Origin: Phaeosaccion multiseriatum
Taxonomy: Eukaryota > Protista > Ochrophyta, other classes
Assembly (NCBI GenBank): GCA_965112735.1
Contig: OZ218955.1
Location: forward strand, 1,612,001-1,676,000
Direction: 5' to 3'
Length of the DNA stretch: 64,000 bases
Shown here: positions 61,006 to 64,000 of the stretch, in pieces
Layout: each line of letters starts with the position of its first letter
Numbering within the stretch: the stretch's first letter is position 1
Notes under the pieces: generated by a model
The model's database searches: none
Told to the model about the DNA's origin: nothing
Seen by the model: the letters and a program-made list of their open reading frames with translations, nothing else
Made by a program: the position numbers and the translations under genes

Positions 61006-64000
61006 TCACCACACAGACTCCGTGTAAGCCTGGCGCAGCACACGGGCGTCGGGAAGAACATTCCTTTGCATGACAGATGGCGTCATTTGGTGTCGGGACT
61101 GAAGGCGCCGGCTGCTCCTGCCTCGCCGACCCCACCCACCACCACCCCCTCCTCCTCCTCCCTCCTCCTCATCCTCCTCCTCTGCCTGCTGGTCGAGCGC
61201 GAACCAGCTGAAGAGGGTGGGTAGGTAGGAGCAGCTGTAGCGCTCGTCGAGCACGGCAGGGCCCCTCACCCTGGCCGGTTGGTGCATCAGAGACACCACG
61301 TAGTCCAGGTATTCACGTCGGTCCAGTTGTGAGTAGGGCAGCGTCAGGCAGCGCAGCAAGGGGGAGGGCTCCAGTTGGAGGGCTGTATCACCAATTCCTG
61401 CTCCTATTGCTGCTGCTGCTGCTGCTCCCTCTTCGGCCCCATCGATGCCACCCGCTGGAACCAAAGCTACGTCTTCTTCCTCCTTCTCCTCCTCCTGCTG
61501 CTGCTGCTGCTGCTGCTGCTGTTGTATCGCCGCATGTTGCCCATCGGTGGCGACAGTAGCCCCAGCAGCCGAGGCGAGCGCTAGCGGTGACCTCAATTGG
61601 GGACTTGTCAGGGGCTCTCCCCACCATCCACCGCCCCTTTCGCCTCCTCCTCCTCCTCCTCCTCCTCCTCCTCCTCCTCCTCCTCCTCCTCCTCCTCCTC
61701 CAGCTGCCGCTGTTGCTGTATCACCAACTGTCGTTGCCACCGCGGCGCTCGTCAAGGGCACGCACACACCCACCCTCAGCCTGCATCCCATCTCGAGAAT
61801 GGTGTTCGGCAGTTCCTCCATACATCGTGCTGCCAGCCACCACCCCCAACCTGCTTCGTCCACCGCGCAGCCTCCTCCGCCACTCACACCAGCACCACCA
61901 CCCTCTCCTCCTCCACCTCCTCCTCCACTTCCTCCCCCCCCACTACCTCCTCCTCCACTACCACTTCCTCCTCCTCCTCCGCCGCCGCCTCCTCCTCCTC
62001 CTCCTCCTCCTCCTCCTCCCACTCCGCCTCCACCCTCCCCTTTCCCCCCTCCCCCTCCTCCTCCGCCCCCCCCCCCTCTGCCCTGCCAGGACGAAGACGG
62101 ACCTCCTTCCGCATAGAGTCCGATCTTGGCCTTGAATGACCACGAGCGCTGCACGTCAGGCCGAGGCGTGGTGAGGTAATGGTCGCCGCCGTCGGCAGGA
62201 GGGCCCAGACCGCACGCCAACACATCCGCGGCAGAGAAGTCATCGGCCAACAGGCAGATTTGCTGAAGCTCGCGTACCTTCTCCTCCTCCTGCTGGCGAC
62301 GCTGGCCCTGCTGAATCCCCAACTGCTGCTGGTGCTGGCCGGGCCATGGCTGCGAAAGGTAGAGCGCTGGGGCGTGCGTGATGGTGGGCCTGCAGGACCG
62401 AGAGGGCCCCTCCTCTTTCTCCTTCTTCTTCTCCTCCTCCTCCTCCTCCTCCTCCTCCTCCTCCTTCTCTCGTTTCTCCTTCCCCTCCTCCTCCTCCTCC
62501 TTCTCCTCCTTCTGCTCCTGCTGCGGAGAATCCTCGCCCCTTCTGCTTGGCGGTGCCTGGGAGGAGTCATCCTTGCGCGGCGACCCCCCTGTGCACTCCT
62601 CAGCAGGCAGGTGGCCCACTGTTGCTGCGCCTTCGAGACCCCCACCCTCCTCTGGTGGTTGCTTCTCTCCTCCGTCGGCTGTTGTAGGTGGTGCTAGATG
62701 TGCATCCGTTGCGATTCGCTCCTGTCTGAGCGGAGTCACCTCATCAGCATCCAAACTTCCGCCGCTCTTTTCTACGCCCAAGCTGGCCAAGCTGGGAGGG
62801 CCTGCTACGGTATCACCAACTCCTCCTCCTCCCTCTGCGGTTCCGGTGCCGCCAGAGGCTGGTTCGGGGGTCTCCCCATCCACACTCTCCACGCGACGTC
62901 GCTTGGCAGGGCTTTGGCCGTCTCCGCTCTCTTCTTCATCCTCCTCACCACTGAGTGCTAAAGAGGCCCCAGCAGGAGAACAAGAGACACCAGCGGGTAC
63001 TGTGGCGACGTCATCTGGTGCCTTGTCATCCACCCCAGCTGCAGACTCGCCCACCTCCATCTCCTCCTCGTCTCCTCTTCCATCAACTGCCATCCCCTCC
63101 TCCCTTGTCTTCTTCTCGTCATCTCCGAACAGTGCATCCATATCGTCGTCGTCGTCATCGTCCTCGGCCCCCTTTGCCTCTTCCGAAACGTCAACCGCCT
63201 TGCGCAAACGCAAACATCGCTTCCGTTTGCCAGCCCCAGCCTTCCCCTTGGCGCCCCCCTCGGCCTTCTCTCCTCGTCCCTCCCCCATGCCCCCCTCCTC
63301 GCCTTCTCCTCTTGATCCCCCTCCCCCTCCCCCTGCCCCTGCCCTGCCCTTCCCATGGATCACAAGCTCTGGAAACGCAACCTCGCCTCCCAACATGCTC
63401 TCCTCCACCTCCTCCTCCTCCTCATCCTGCTCCTCGTCCCCAGAAGAATCGCTCGCCGCAAACACCCTGGGCGCTGCCGAGACAGAGACCGCAAAGGCTG
63501 GGACCGGACGGCTGCTCCTCCCTCGTAGCCTTGGCCGTCCTCGGCGTCGAGCCAGACCCAGCCCCTGGCCCCCCACGGGACGAAAGGGTGGGCTTTTAAG
63601 AGTCACGAGGGGCATGTAGTTGAAAAAGACGGCGCTCTGACGGCTGGCGAGCGTGGCATCGCTGTACAGCACAGGCAGTGGGCAAGATCCGCGAGGAGGA
63701 GCTGCTGCTGCTGCTGCTGCCGCCGCTGCTGCTGTAGCACCAACTGCTGCTGCTGCCGCGGGGCAGCGTTCTCCAACAGCCACCGTCACTGCCAGCATGC
63801 CCCTCAGACATGTGCTGCTTCCACGCACCTCGCACTTGCCCCCCTTCTCCGCCGCCGCTGCTGTAGGGGAGAAAGAAGAGAAGGGGGGAAGCATGACCTC
63901 TAGCTCGGTGTCTGAGAGAATCCGAACGTCGTCGCCAGTCAGCCACAAGCCCTGTCCCACGCCCACGCCATGCCCCAGTTGCACAGAGATGGGAGCAGCA
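61006..64000 (-). CDS. Hypothetical protein, 5'-partial, mostly low complexity
   Basis: ~1,000-codon frame open to the window edge. Globular-looking islands (VRILSDTELEVMLPPF..FFNY, possibly IPT/TIG-like; LDRREYLDYVVSLM) lie between Gly/Glu/Ala runs. Confidence 0.6.
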   Translation of the reverse strand, partial: AAPISVQLGHGVGVGQGLWLTGDDVRILSDTELEVMLPPFSSFSPTAAAAEKGGKCEVRGSSTCLRGMLAVTVAVGERCPAAAAAVGATAAAAAAAAAAAPPRGSCPLPVLYSDATLASRQSAVFFNYMPLVTLKSPPFRPVGGQGLGLARRRGRPRLRGRSSRPVPAFAVSVSAAPRVFAASDSSGDEEQDEEEEEVEESMLGGEVAFPELVIHGKGRAGAGGGGGGSRGEGEEGGMGEGRGEKAEGGAKGKAGAGKRKRCLRLRKAVDVSEEAKGAEDDDDDDDMDALFGDDEKKTREEGMAVDGRGDEEEMEVGESAAGVDDKAPDDVATVPAGVSCSPAGASLALSGEEDEEESGDGQSPAKRRRVESVDGETPEPASGGTGTAEGGGGVGDTVAGPPSLASLGVEKSGGSLDADEVTPLRQERIATDAHLAPPTTADGGEKQPPEEGGGLEGAATVGHLPAEECTGGSPRKDDSSQAPPSRRGEDSPQQEQKEEKEEEEEGKEKREKEEEEEEEEEEEKKKEKEEGPSRSCRPTITHAPALYLSQPWPGQHQQQLGIQQGQRRQQEEEKVRELQQICLLADDFSAADVLACGLGPPADGGDHYLTTPRPDVQRSWSFKAKIGLYAEGGPSSSWQGRGGGGGGGGGGGKGEGGGGVGGGGGGGGGGGGGGGGGGSGSGGGGSGGGGSGGGGGGGEGGGAGVSGGGGCAVDEAGWGWWLAARCMEELPNTILEMGCRLRVGVCVPLTSAAVATTVGDTATAAAGGGGGGGGGGGGGGGGGGGGERGGGWWGEPLTSPQLRSPLALASAAGATVATDGQHAAIQQQQQQQQQQEEEKEEEDVALVPAGGIDGAEEGAAAAAAIGAGIGDTALQLEPSPLLRCLTLPYSQLDRREYLDYVVSLMHQPARVRGPAVLDERYSCSYLPTLFSWFALDQQAEEEDEEEGGGGGGGGGWGRRGRSSRRLQSRHQMTPSVMQRNVLPDARVLRQAYTESVW

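Overview
Eukaryotic nuclear DNA, GC-rich, intron-rich and saturated with simple repeats. It is most consistent with a plastid-bearing stramenopile (ochrophyte) alga, based on a signal-peptide+Phe plastid-targeting leader and flagellar-type genes. I resolved 13 protein-coding genes by reading splice junctions: ABC1/ADCK kinase (5'-partial), Polo-like kinase, a ~2,900-aa STE11-type MAP3K, an unknown coiled-coil protein with an H1-like basic tail, eIF6, SEL1L/HRD3, UBXN11-like, a MYND-finger protein, inositol monophosphatase, DNL-zinc-finger Hsp70 escort protein, DZIP1-like, an acidic adaptor-motif protein and a 5'-partial unknown ORF. Four gene pairs are head-to-head on short intergenic gaps. 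No rRNA, tRNA, transposase or CRISPR array is supportable. The most striking unexplained signal is a dispersed 13-mer, GTATCACCAACTG / CAGTTGGTGATAC, effectively a 9-nt core TTGGTGATA sitting in phase inside CAG tracts. I count 11 perfect and about 12 near-perfect copies in introns, intergenic DNA and coding exons, where it is translated in four different frames/strands, so it behaves as a DNA-level signal rather than a protein motif. A second pervasive pattern is introns with G-rich simple repeats at the 5' end and complementary C-rich repeats at the 3' end. All coordinates and counts were made by eye.
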